DNA of 64,000 nt from NCBI GenBank assembly GCA_030704615.1, contig CM060733.1, positions 8,618,001-8,682,000 on the forward strand, written 5' to 3'. Of the stretch, positions 37,901 through 48,900 are shown piece by piece. The translations under genes and the position numbers were made by a program. This DNA is from Takakia lepidozioides (taxonomy: Eukaryota > Plantae > Bryophyta). The notes under the pieces were generated by a model. It did not search any database, was not told the origin of the DNA, and saw nothing but the letters and a program-made list of their open reading frames with translations. How positions within the stretch are numbered: the stretch's first letter is position 1; the number at the start of each line of letters is the position of its first letter.

Positions 37901-38156
37901 AGGTATTGGAGTCGGCCTTAATGCCTTGTTGGTTCAGAATGTGCAGTGCCTCTTTAAGTCGTCCTGCCGTACACAGCTTCCTTACATCCTCACAAATGCC
38001 AGAAGAGTTCTTGTTGACTCCTTCTCTTGGTCCTTTTTCAAAAGCAATGGAGATCATGGAAGTTCTACAACTGCCACCAGTCTGATATTCACCAGGCAAT
38101 TGTACCTGATTTAATTCTGCCATCCTGCATAAATCAGAACTCTTAGTTCCAAACAT
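34974..38156 (-). CDS. PLS-E1-E2-DYW pentatricopeptide repeat C-to-U editing factor (23 PPR motifs); main exon
   Basis: Regular P-L-S triplets, PGHSCIEV box, HSEKLA, CGDCH, terminal DYW. True 5' end probably lies in upstream exons (38849-38770 and 38492 onward). Confidence 0.95.
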   Translation of the reverse strand: MFGTKSSDLCRMAELNQVQLPGEYQTGGSCRTSMISIAFEKGPREGVNKNSSGICEDVRKLCTAGRLKEALHILNQQGIKADSNTYVCILQECTNLKSLAEGKQVHAHILQRGVKPNISLLNNLINMYAKCGSVMDARQLFDKMPERDTFTWNIMIAGYTKHRCGREAIKIYKQMQQEGWTPNMVTFICILNACGSLRALEKGKEVHADIIKARIGPDIILETALAAMYAKCGSMKDAREVFNSMTKRDVVSWNAMITGYAQHGCAQEALEIYEQMQQEGVTSNRVTFICVLNACASRRDLKKGKEVHAASIKAAIGSYINLENALVDMYAKCGSMKDAQKVFDGMPKRDVISWNTMITGYAQHGCSMEAFEIYEQMQKESVKPDKITFICILNACASLRDLRKGKEVHADIIKAGVGSYINLQNTLVDMYAKCGSMKDARELFDDMVKRDVVSWNTMIAGYAQLGCTGEAFEVYDQMEQKGVTPNRVTFICILSACASLGVLEKGKEVHADIHKVGVVPDTVLETALADMYAKCGSMIDAHEVFDNMAERNVVSWSVMIAGYAQHGFAREALEMYEQMQWEGVTPNEVTYICVLNACASLEALEKGKQVHADIIEAGIVPDIVLETALADMYAKCGSMKSAHEVFANMVERNVVSWSAMIAGYAQQGSARQAFEMYEEMQREGVAPNIVTFICVLNACASLGALEKGKEIHADIVKAGITSSVKLENTLVNMYAKCGSVKDARRVFDSIAERDVVSWSAMIAGYGQHGCGGEALQLFEQMQQEGFKPDGVTFLSLISACSHVGLVDQGRRYFESMSQNHGLTPTREHYGCMVDLLGRAGRLDEAEEVINRMPMQPDASVWGPLLAACRIHGNVELGVRTAENILKSDPQHSAYILLSNIYAATGRWDDKAKVRKMMEVKGVRKEPGHSCIEVDNLVHTFFAEETLHPQIEEIHAELERLSGRLKKAGYVPDTRFVLHDLEEVQKELCLLHHSEKLAIAFGLISTPPGTPIRVINNLRMCGDCHNATKLISKIVGRAVVVRDGNRFHHFHDGLCSCGDYW

Positions 38157-38379
38157 TTACAGTGAAAAACACTCCAAAGCTCCTACATACTCCAAGGAAT
38201 GATCTGTCCATGAGAACTCATATGACCATTCAAGTCATGTACTTTAAGAATAAACAGTTCCAATTCTATCTGTTTGAGTTTGCACCCTTATATCAACATC
38301 AAGACAATACCCAGTATAATTTTGGCCTGGAGCTCCATGGTGTATATCAACATTAGAACCATCACCAGGATGTGCTTGA

Positions 38380-38849
38380 CCTTGTATAATGGCAGCTAGC
38401 TCTGTCTTCACCCAAGGAGGGTGTGACCAACCCTCGATCCAAGGGACCTCCTTCGTGCACTTATGTCTGAAGTCTGTTGATGTCGGACATTTCTGTTACA
38501 ACCCCAGGTGCGCAGCTGATCAGCCATAAGCTGCAAACACAGCCTCGCATACACCAGGCTCCAAGGATCCTCCAAATCACAGGGTTAACTTTGACCAACA
38601 TACTTTCATGCCCTGCTGATAACATAGAAGAGCTCCTATTGACAAATAGCTAAACAATCAATGCTGAGCAACTTGAGATACAATCCAATCCACAAAACAG
38701 CATGAAGCCACCTTCAGTCACAAACACTCCTGACAATCTTGTTGAAGTCCCGATTGCAGATAGCCTCACCTTCTCAGACCTGTTGTCCCACCACTGTGAA
38801 GAACCCGACATGAAGTCCTGCCAAAGCCATTCTGCGCTCCTTTCTTGGG
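38380..38849 (-). CDS. Two upstream exons encoding an OSB-type PDF-like motif, probably part of the adjacent PPR gene
   Basis: Exon 38849-38770 (QERSAEWLWQDFMSGSSQWWDNRSEK), GT-AG intron 38769-38493, then KCPTSTDFRHKCTKEVPWIEGWSHPPWVKTELAA. The splice into the PPR exon is not resolved. Confidence 0.65.
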
Positions 38850-38929
38850 CTACAGCAATACCACAAAAATCTGCATCTTGAGCAGATTGCAATCTGGTGT
38901 AGGATTTTCAAAAATTAAGCTCTCTTCCT

Positions 38930-39036
38930 TTCTCTCTCTCTCTCTCTCTACCCTTGTTCCGCTCAAACTGGGCGCGGGGTCAATGACCACAAGACTGCGG
39001 CAAACAACGTCTTACGAAGACATCCTCTCTCTCTCT
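38930..39036 (-). repeat. ~80 bp RTE-3'-end-like short element flanked by (GA)n
   Basis: The reverse complement matches the copies at 48250 and 48608; (CT)n runs on both sides. Confidence 0.75.
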
Positions 39037-41066
39037 ATCCTTTCTGAAGCACATGGCTGATACTGCGGTCACAGCCACACCTGTGTGACAATAGGGCTAA
39101 AGCAGCTGTGCTGGAACCTAATTGAGTTTTCAGGTATGATCCTACACTAGCCCTTACATCAGCATGCATCACTCCATCGAGGTTGGCTGAGTGAGCTTTC
39201 TGCTGAGCTCCATATGCTCGAGGGTAGAGACACTACAACTGGCTGTTGGGGGAAATTAGTATCTTAAAATCCAAAGTCCACCGGTTACCCGAGTACATGA
39301 GGGAGCACAGCAATGTGTCACATCTGTGGTAACTAACCCTCTACATAGAAGATAGACATGCTTGCACCTCATTGCAATTGTAGTAGTATTTCCATGGCTG
39401 TGCACGTGCATGCCAGAATTCTTAACAGTTCGAGAGTGGAAAACGGTGATAACAGGGGCTGTGGCTCCGAGCAAGCCATGTAACTAGATACCTCGCTCCC
39501 ACATTGATGAAGGGAAAGAAAATAATCATCTCATAAATTCCACATTTGTCAGTGAGACTGAATTAGCTGATGGAGGGACGACAAAGGTGCCTACGATAGT
39601 CCTGGCAATCTTCTACACCCCGTTACAGAATTATTCAAGATGAGCCTAGTTTCTGATTGTGTGGGTCAAGGACAACATGGAGCCTGGATCACAAACTTTC
39701 GAGACCCAAAAACAAAAGGCAACGAGCTGCATGTCTAGACCTTTCTTCGGCTTCACTGGGGGCTGGGGAGATGTTATAGCCATCAGTCTCGGACCCGCCA
39801 TGAAGCACCTTGTCAGCTACACAACGTTAATCTGCTGTACGCTTTGAGCCCTCCCCCGCACGGCCTTGCGTATGGCCTCTCCCCTGCACACTTCGAAAAA
39901 GTATAATCTTTCCCCGCACAATTTCCTTGCGTCACTGATTCTGGCCGCCTTCACTTACATAGTTCTCAACACGAAGTAAAGACGACCAAGGACGCGACTA
40001 AAAACAACGATTTCTTGTGAATGAAATGTTGCGTGCGTTTTGACGATCTGATCAACGACAGTCTATTGTCTTTGGGAGGCCCAGCGATGGCAGGCTGCTC
40101 CGCAGCTCTCCTGTCCGCGAAGGCAGAGGCCATACCCAAGGCCTTGTCTTCTTGTTGCGGTGAAGGGGTAGGAGGCCTCACACCATGTAACAGATTGACG
40201 GTTCAGGCTGTGGAGAAGAAGTGGGTGTCCAGCTTGGCAATGCCGGATCCCAAAGCCTTGCGAGTGGTGGTTACGATGCCTCCCCCGTCTGCAGGGATGG
40301 CGGAGAAAGGTACATGCAGCAAAGCCTTTGCGCACTTTTTTGGGGCTCTGAATTGTTTGCCTCAGATAGATCTTTGTGATCGATTCTGGCATAATATTGG
40401 ACGAAATATCTCAGTGTAATCGACAGCCTTATGTGTGAGAGAGAGACACACAACACACACACATTGAAGCCATTATCCTTTGGGACATCCTGGGAAAAAA
40501 CCACCGTGATTTTCCTGTGCGTGAGAGTGCTGGGAGGGCTCGCGCACAGCCACGAAAATCCAGCTGCAATTTCCAAGAGAGGCAAGCGTTTTAAGTTCAA
40601 TGTGAAGGTGGGTTACCAGTCGCGCCGGGGGATGAATACGGGCAAAGAGAGGTACACTGAAAATGGCGGCTCTGACGTATCTTTAATGGACTGGTGAGGT
40701 GGGTATCTACCCGCCAGGGCATGGAAGCTTGCGCGATTCAACGACAATGAAGTCACAGAAGATTGTATCTTGCTGCAACGACTGGGATAGACATCATGCT
40801 AGAAAATTGCTTCAGTGACTCATGTGATTACACTCCCGGGAACACATTTGGTTGATCAGCCGGAGGGGGAACAGAGAGGGAGAGAGAAAGAAGAAGAAAC
40901 AGAAATTTCCAGCCCAGGGAGGCCCTAAGGGTCTATGGATAGAACAATGAGAGAACCCAAAGAACGTTGCTCAAACAAAAAAGAGATACCATTCGGCAAT
41001 AACAATCAGACATTTCAAAGCTATGTTTATGCTAAACGTCTATGTTTAATCGGGGTTTGCATGCAG

Positions 41067-44000
41067 GCCACACCATGAGTATAGAACGGCTCTGGCAGGA
41101 GTTCTTCTCAGATCGCACACTGTGGTTGGACAACCGGTGCGATAAGGTGAGGCTGTCATCATTTAGGATGTAAAAGAGTTGTCTGTAGGGCTTGTGACTG
41201 ATTCTAGCATGATGATGTATGCGTGCAATTATTGTATCACTTGCTTACTTCAAAAGTTTTTTCAAAAGCAACAAAAAGGGTGATTCTTGTCGCCAGCATT
41301 AGGTTGTTCTTCATTGTTACCAGGGCATGACTGTAGGTTGCCCCCATTGTTCTCCTGCTATATGAAGATGGTTGGAGCTTGGGTGGGTGCCTAAGCTAGG
41401 CGTGCCTGATGCTATGGCGCTCAGCTGCACGCTGGTGGTTTCCCCAGAAAAGTCCAGGATCACCCGACTTCAGACACAAGCACACAAAGGAGGTCCTTTG
41501 GATTAATGGTTGCTCAAACCCTGCTTGGGTGAAAGTAGAGCTATCTGCCATGAGCCAAGCACGGTGTGGGGATGTGAGGACGCTATGTAAGGCAGGTCGA
41601 CTTAAAGAGGCACTGCACATTTTGAACCAGCAAGGGTTTTCGGTGGACTCCAATACTTATATTTGTGTCTTGAAGGAGTGCATTAACAAGAAAGGCCTAG
41701 TAGAGGGAAAGCAGGTGCATGCCCATGTTATTGAAAGTGGGGTCCAGCCAAATATCTCTCTACTTAACACCCTTGCCAACATGTATGCCAAGTGCGGGAG
41801 TGTGGTGGATGCACGCAAATTGTTTGACAAAATGCAGGAACGAGATATTTTTACTTGGAACATAATGATTACAGGATATGCCAAGCATGGGTGTGCTAGG
41901 GAGGCCTTCAAGATGTATGAGCAGATGATAAGGGAAGGGGTGACACCCGACAGGGTCACATTCATTTGTATTCTCAAGGCATGTGCCAGCCTGGCAGCCC
42001 TGCAAAAGGTTCACACTGACATCCTGAAAGCTGGAATTGTGCCAGATATTGTTGTGGAGACTGCCCTTGCAGATATGTATGCGAAATGTGGGAGCATGAA
42101 GGATGCACGCGAAGTGTTCGACAATATGATAGAGCGAGATGTGGTCTCATGGAATGCAATGATCACAGGATATGCTCAACATGGATGTGGTAAGGAGGCA
42201 CTCAAGATGTATGAGCAAATGATGCAGGAAGGGGTAACACCTAGCAGGGTCACTTTCATTTGCATTCTCCATCTGTGTGCCAGCCTAGGAGCTCTTGAAA
42301 AGGGTAAAGAGGTCCATGCTAAAGTCATGGAAGCTGGAATTGCGCCAGATATCACTCTGGAGAATACCCTTGTGGACATGTATGCTAAATGCAGGAGCTT
42401 AAACGAGGCCCGTCAAGTGTTCGACAATATGGCTGGACAAGATTTGGTCTCGTGGAACACGATGATCGCAGGATATGATCAGCATGGGTGTGGTAGGGAA
42501 GCCCTGGAAATGTATGAACAAATGAAACGGGAAGGGGTGACGCCTAACAATGTTACGTTCACTTGCGTCCTCAATGCATGTGCCAGCCTAGCAGCCCTGG
42601 AAAAAGGTAAAGAGGTTCATGCTGACATCATCAAAGCTGGAATCTTGACAGATATTATTCTGGAGACTGCCCTTGTCGGAATGTATGCAAAATGTGGGAA
42701 CATGAAGGATGCAGGTCAAGTGTTCCAAAGTATGACTCGTCAAGATGTGGTGTCCTGGAGTGTGATGATAGCAGGATATGTTCAGCACGGGGATGGAAAA
42801 GAGGCTTTTGCGCTATATGAGCAAATGATAGAACGAAGGGTGATTCCCGACAAGGTCACATTCATCTGCATGCTCAATGCTTGTGCCAGCCTGGCAGCCC
42901 TGGAAAAGGGCAAAGAGGTCCATGCTGATATCATCAAGGCTGGAATTGCCCCAGACATTAATTTGGAGAACACTCTAGTTAACATGTATGGCAAAACCGG
43001 GAGTGTCAAGGATGCACTTGAAGTGTTCAACAGTATGGCTGAACGAGATGTGGTCTCATGGAACGCCATGATCGCAGGATACAGTCAACAAGGGTATGGT
43101 ATGGAGGCTTTCAAGATTTATGAGCAGATGATAGGGGAAGGAGTGATGCCCAATAAAGTCACGTTCATTTGCGTTCTGGATGCTTGTGCCAGTCTGGCAG
43201 CGCTGGATAAGGGCAAAGAGGTCCATGATGCTATCATCAAAGCTGGAGTAGCACCAGATATAACACTCGAGACAGCTCTTACTGCCATGTATGCCAAATG
43301 TGGGAACATGAAGGATGCACGTCAAGTGTTCGACAATATGGCTCAGCGAAATGTAATTTCATGGAGTGCCATGATCGCAGGATATGCTCAACATGGGTGG
43401 GGTAGGGATGCCCTGCAACTATTTGAACAAATGCGAAAGGAAGGCTTGAAGCCAAACTGTATCACATTTATATGTATCCTCTCTGCATGTAGCCATGTGG
43501 GCCTAGTGGATGAAGGACGTCACTACTTTGATTCCATGTGTCAAGAGCATGGTCTCACTCCTAATGTGGAGCATTATAGCTGCATGGTGGACCTTCTTGG
43601 CCGTGCCGGGCAAGTGGATGAGGCAGAGGATTTCATTACTAAAATGCCAATTGAACCAGATTCTGCAGTGTGGGGTGCCTTGCTTGGAGCCTGCAGAACT
43701 TATGGCAATGTGGTGGTAGCAGAACGTGCAGCAAAATGCCTTCTCAAGTTAGATCCACAGGATCCTGCAACTTATGTGCTTCTATCGAACATATATGCTT
43801 CTACTGGAAGGTGGTATGATGCAGCAAAAGTGAGGAAAATAATGCAGGACAAAGGTGTCAGAAAGGAACCAGGACGCAGCTGCATTGAGGTGGATAATCA
43901 GGTTCATACATTTTTTGTTGATGATAAGTTACATCCACGAATTGAGGAAATCCATTTTGTGCTGAAAAGATTGTTTGGGCTGATGAAGGACATGGGGTAC

Positions 44001-44276
44001 GTGCCTGACACTCGCTTTGTATTGCATGATGCTGAGAAGGAGCAAAAGGAAAATTTCCTTTGCCACCACAGTGAAAAGCTGGCCATTGCTTTCGGACTTA
44101 TGAGCACGCCCCCCGGTGCACCTATCTGCGTCATCAAGAACCTTCGTGTGTGTGGTGACTGCCACACTGCCACCAAGTTCATCTCAAAGATTGTTGAGCG
44201 AGCAGTTATTGTCCGGGATGCTAACCGCTTTCACCACTTCCAAGATGGGTTTTGTTCTTGTGGGGACTACTGGTGA
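41067..44276 (+). CDS. PDF-motif + PLS-E1-E2-DYW PPR editing factor (20 PPR motifs)
   Basis: Exon 41067-41146 (in-frame ATG 41075: MSIERLWQEFFSDRTLWLDNRCDK), phase-0 GT-AG intron 41147-41447, then exon 41448-44276 (KSPGSPDFRHKHTKEVLWING...PPR array...PGRSCIEV, HSEKLA, CGDCH, DYW). Confidence 0.93.
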
Positions 44277-45493
44277 AAAAAGCAGAAAAAAGCAGCGTGT
44301 GACAGAAGCAAGCTTTTCAATGTGGTAATCCCCATCATTCTTGTAAACAAACACTAAAGCTGAAAGTATGGGTTAGAGATTGGTGCAAAAGTCAATTCTG
44401 CCCTTTCAGCATTCATAGAAAATCTCAATATAGAGTAGTCTAGAGATTGTAGGTGACAGTAAAGTAAAGGTGAAGATTATTGTGAAAATTATGGGGATTA
44501 ACAATCCCATTTTTACTTAAAATGGCTGAACAAGGATGTGACCCAAATTGGATGACTGGAGTGATTGCTTTGGAGTGATTGGGAATGTCCACCATCTTCA
44601 TAGCTAATGACAACCACATAACCTGTTTTGTGGACATTTTGTGCATATTTCCCAGGGTAATTCTCAGCGGCGAGCTGGGGCAGGGGCGCACCCATTTCAA
44701 CACGGTAAGGGTTTTGGGGGCAGATTATCCGGCCACAGCAGCCTCTGATTGGGTGCAGACCGGAATGAGCTTGTGCAAAGTCAAACAGGTCAGTATGCTT
44801 TTGCATAATGTGCCAGCACCATGGAGCGATTATGTTCTGCTTTTTAATTATCTATTCAAAAAAGGCATAATCTGCCCCCAAAATCCTGAACACTATCATC
44901 CTCATGCAAACAGTGGCTCAACCAACCAGTGGGAGATTTGAGGTTAGGAACTGGTTGGAAAGAGTAAAGACACCTGATACTGAACCAATAAAACTCATTG
45001 AGAAGCCTGAATAATACTTGGTACAATCACAACGAGGCAGTTTGAGACTTCCATCGTGGTCACTTTCAAAGGACAACATCTACCAAGTTCACTTTCACAA
45101 CATCTTTAAGCAGAAGTGGACACATCTCACTCAAATAAAGGAACCAGCAGAGCTGCACATCCAACTCCTCCGAGATACCCTTATGTACAATATACACAAA
45201 ATCTCAACGGGGTTATACATGGCTCCACTGTCCTCAAAATACCGCTTTGATTGAAACTTTTTCTCCACTGAAAGTATGGCTGCCCAAAATTTGGCTTGTC
45301 AACTCTCTACCATGAACTATGTCTGAACCTTAACATTCAGTCCCACCATCCTCATCGGACTTTCTGTTACATTGTAAAAACTATTAAGCCTACTTATGTG
45401 CATTTTAACTACACTCTTCGCCTACTCCTTGACTTGCTTTGCAATCCAACCTGAAGTCGCACAGGCAACCGTGTACACTCAAGCTGACGAAGC

Positions 45494-48400
45494 CTAGAAA
45501 TCAGGTGAGAAATGCTCTAGATCTGGATGAGTTCCTGGCGGTCGTCTGCAAAGAATAGAAACTGAATTCATTAAGTGAATCCATAACAGATTGAACATTT
45601 TATGAGAGGAGTAAATATGAAAACCGTGCCTGATTTTAGGACCAAGGAGATAGGCATTGTAGGGAGACCAAACCCACACACATTTCCCTCTTTCATTCTT
45701 CTTCTATGCCTGACGAAAAACAAGGTAGGGTCACCTGGTAAACCCGGTTGGCTCGAATCCCGGCACATCTGGAGGCCCAAATGGATCAAACCTTGCACCT
45801 GGTAGCACACCTCTGCATACCAACCAGAATACAACAACACTTTTCAAACCACAAGAATGGGTCACCATCATATCCATTGAAGGATTGGCTGAAAGCTGTT
45901 TAGTGTGATCATGGATGTGTTTAAAGTTCCCCAGTAAGTGTGTTGAGTCACTACCAGACCGAAGCTTACATTCCTTCCTCTCTCTTTTCACAAAATCAGT
46001 CAATATGTTGTTAATTGAGGCCATTACATGTGAAAGGCAGAAGGGTTTATGACAGAGCATCATGCAGGCCAAAGGTTTGTTCTCACCCAACCATAGTTCC
46101 ACCAACCCTCAATCCAAACTCCCTTGTTGGTGTTCTGCAGGGGCCTAATTTTCGTTTGTATTTCTAGGGCAACCATATTGATGCTAGTTTTCTTACTTGA
46201 CTACGATATTGCAGATTCTGCTTGCCCTTTCATGCAGTCTGAACAATGATGAGTCCAACATACAAGTCCAACATACAACCATCCCACACTAACAGACCCA
46301 GGCAGGAAAATGGAGCAGAGAGCAGCAGGCCAGGGTTTGTCTTACGGAATGCTGTCAGGGAAATCAGGTGGCCGAACACCACCAGCATAACCCCACCGTG
46401 GATCAGTTGGGCCTGCCAAACAGAAGAACAACATGTTAACAGAAAATGTTCTTCCATGCACTCCTCTGCAGTCCTGGCTTACCCCTACCACAAAGACTAC
46501 AGTGTGCTTGAGAGACAACTGGTCTGGAGCTATCACGGGTACTCACTTGGAAGGCAGACTCAACCACGACTTATCAGCCTGCAACTTCATTAAAGTATCA
46601 ACAGCTAGTCCTTTTAGACAACAAGTTCTTCAAGTGCCTCGGTTCTAGACCCTAGGCCCTTAGCTTCTCTGAGATATGAGAGAAAACAAAACACTTTGAA
46701 TCGCATATTCTCGTTCAAAGGTTGTTGCAATGGGAAGGAAAACCCCTGCCTGCAACAGTGCTTCCTTAACCCATTCAATACCAGCCGTCAGACAGTAAGT
46801 GGGCACATTTCAATGGCCACTTAACCAGTGCCAGCAGGTAATTTGCTGCTTCCTCCCTGCGACTCCTTATTGCCTCTCAAACTTCCCAACTGACTACCAA
46901 CTCTGATTTGTCCATCCATATCGAGGCACAATATCCAATCTTAACATCTGCAAGAGAAATGGGTGATTACGAGCCCAGACTGAAAAGCTACATACCAAGA
47001 AGCATACCATCGAACCCCGCCCCATCTCTCCTGCAAAAAATACCCCCTCCATGAATATTCTAGTGCATCTGCAGACCATTCAACAACCAAACAAAAATCT
47101 TCTCCCAGCACCAGAGGAGGGCCATAAAAACACACAATCTACACATACACACTTGGAAAAAAACTATAATGAAGGTCAATAGATAAAAAAAACCAAGACA
47201 AAAAGAACGGCCTTCCTTGGGTTTTTGCTTTTGCTTCAAAATGGACTGAAAGAGAGAGCAGTTCACCTTGGGAAGATACCGGCCCCAGGTGGAGGAAGAA
47301 GGTCCCCTCTGCCAATTGCTGGCACAGGAGGAGATGCAAACCTGCCATAGGCAAGATTATGATAAAATTGGACATATTTGCCACATCACGAGAGCTTATG
47401 AACAACCAACTCGCCTTGAGAAAATTGAGAGACCTTCGTTGCCCTTGCAGTTCAAAAAGGAAGACACGTGAAGTAGTTGTTGAGCTGTATTTCAAAAAGA
47501 TGAAAGAGAGCTATACTCATAGTCTTTCATGATTTGCTGTTACACAGGTGCCCCAAACCCTAGGAGGGTAAGACCGTCCTAAATTCACAGCAACTGTGGT
47601 ATGGAACTAGTTGAGTTTCCTTACAGTCTACCATTCATACTTTAAAGATTTATTGTGAATGGTGCATTAAAGTCTGCCATAGAGAGGCAGTGAGCAGCAG
47701 CATATTTTAAGTAGTACCACTGAAGTTAGCCAGGTGACCTTGCACCCAAGTTGCAGAGAGAATGTACGCTTAAGACATTGTCTGCTATAGCCTTGTGGCC
47801 ATAGACCCTGCGCACAGTCTGGGCAGAACAAGAGGGAACAGACGCTAACTTTGTGAGGGGCTCACTCCAGTAGTAGGACTTAACTTGATGTAAGCAATTA
47901 TTTTGGGAACCAAGCATCAATCTGCTGTGTGTGAGCCACCCAGCAATTAGACATGAGAATAGCCTCAACATTCTATCAGAAAATGGATGTTGTCTTCAGG
48001 CCAACCGCACATCGGGCATTGACAATCTCCCTTTCCTCTCTGCATCTGTTTATTGTTCAAAGGTAGACTCCCCGCCCTGAGTAAACTTCAGTCTCTCCTC
48101 ACCCATGTCACAAATTGGGAAACAAGTTGTTGGGGCATTGGGAAGAAAGAGAGAACGTACTCTTAAGACTTTGTTTGCCGTAGCCTTATGGCCATAGACA
48201 CACGCCCACTTTGGACAAAAATTTGGGAAGAGAGAGAGAGAGAGAGAGAGAGAATGTACTCATACGATGTTGTTTGCCGTAGCCTTGTGGCCACTGACCC
48301 CACGCCCAGTTTGAGCGGAACACAAAGGGACAGAAAGTATCTTTGTCAGGGGCTGACGCCGGTAGTATGACTTAAACTTGGAACAGACAATTGATCCAAG

Positions 48401-48867
48401 TTTTCCAGATATCCTCTAGAAATCCCTTTACACAAGCATCAATCTGCTGTGTATGATTTTCCCAATAACTAGGCCCCAAAAGGGCCTGGGCTTTTGGCCC
48501 AGCCTCCAGATTTCCAAAGTTGGTAAACAGGGGTACAGGAACAAATCCCTTGATGCATTTGAAGAGGGCATCTCTCTGGTGTGAATACCCAGGACAATGA
48601 TTCAGAAAGAGAGAATGTACTCATAAGACGTGGTTTGCCATAGGCTTGTGGCCATTGACCCCGCGCCCAGTTTGAGCAGAACACAAAGGGACAGAAACTA
48701 CCTTTGTTAGGGGCTGAAGCTGGTAGTATGACTTAATTTGGAACAGACAATTGATCCGAGTTTTCCAGATATCCTCTAGAAATCCCTTTACACAAGCATC
48801 AATCTGTTGTGTGTGATTCAGAGAGAGAGAGATAGAATGTACTCATAAGACGTTGTTTGCCATAGCC

Positions 48868-48900
<33 letters not shown>

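Noticed and set aside
39960-40860. First (transit-peptide) exons of the two PPR genes
   Set aside because: Several short ORFs are present, but none has a convincing ATG plus phase-1 donor, so they could not be assigned.
41409-41447. ORF-track start MLWRSAARWWFPQ as the true N-terminus
   Set aside because: It lies inside the predicted intron ending TTTCCCCAG at 41447; the paralogue shows the same exon boundary.
34974-44276. U-to-C editing DYW:KP-type factors
   Set aside because: Both have PG boxes, HSEKLA and terminal DYW, which is the C-to-U type.
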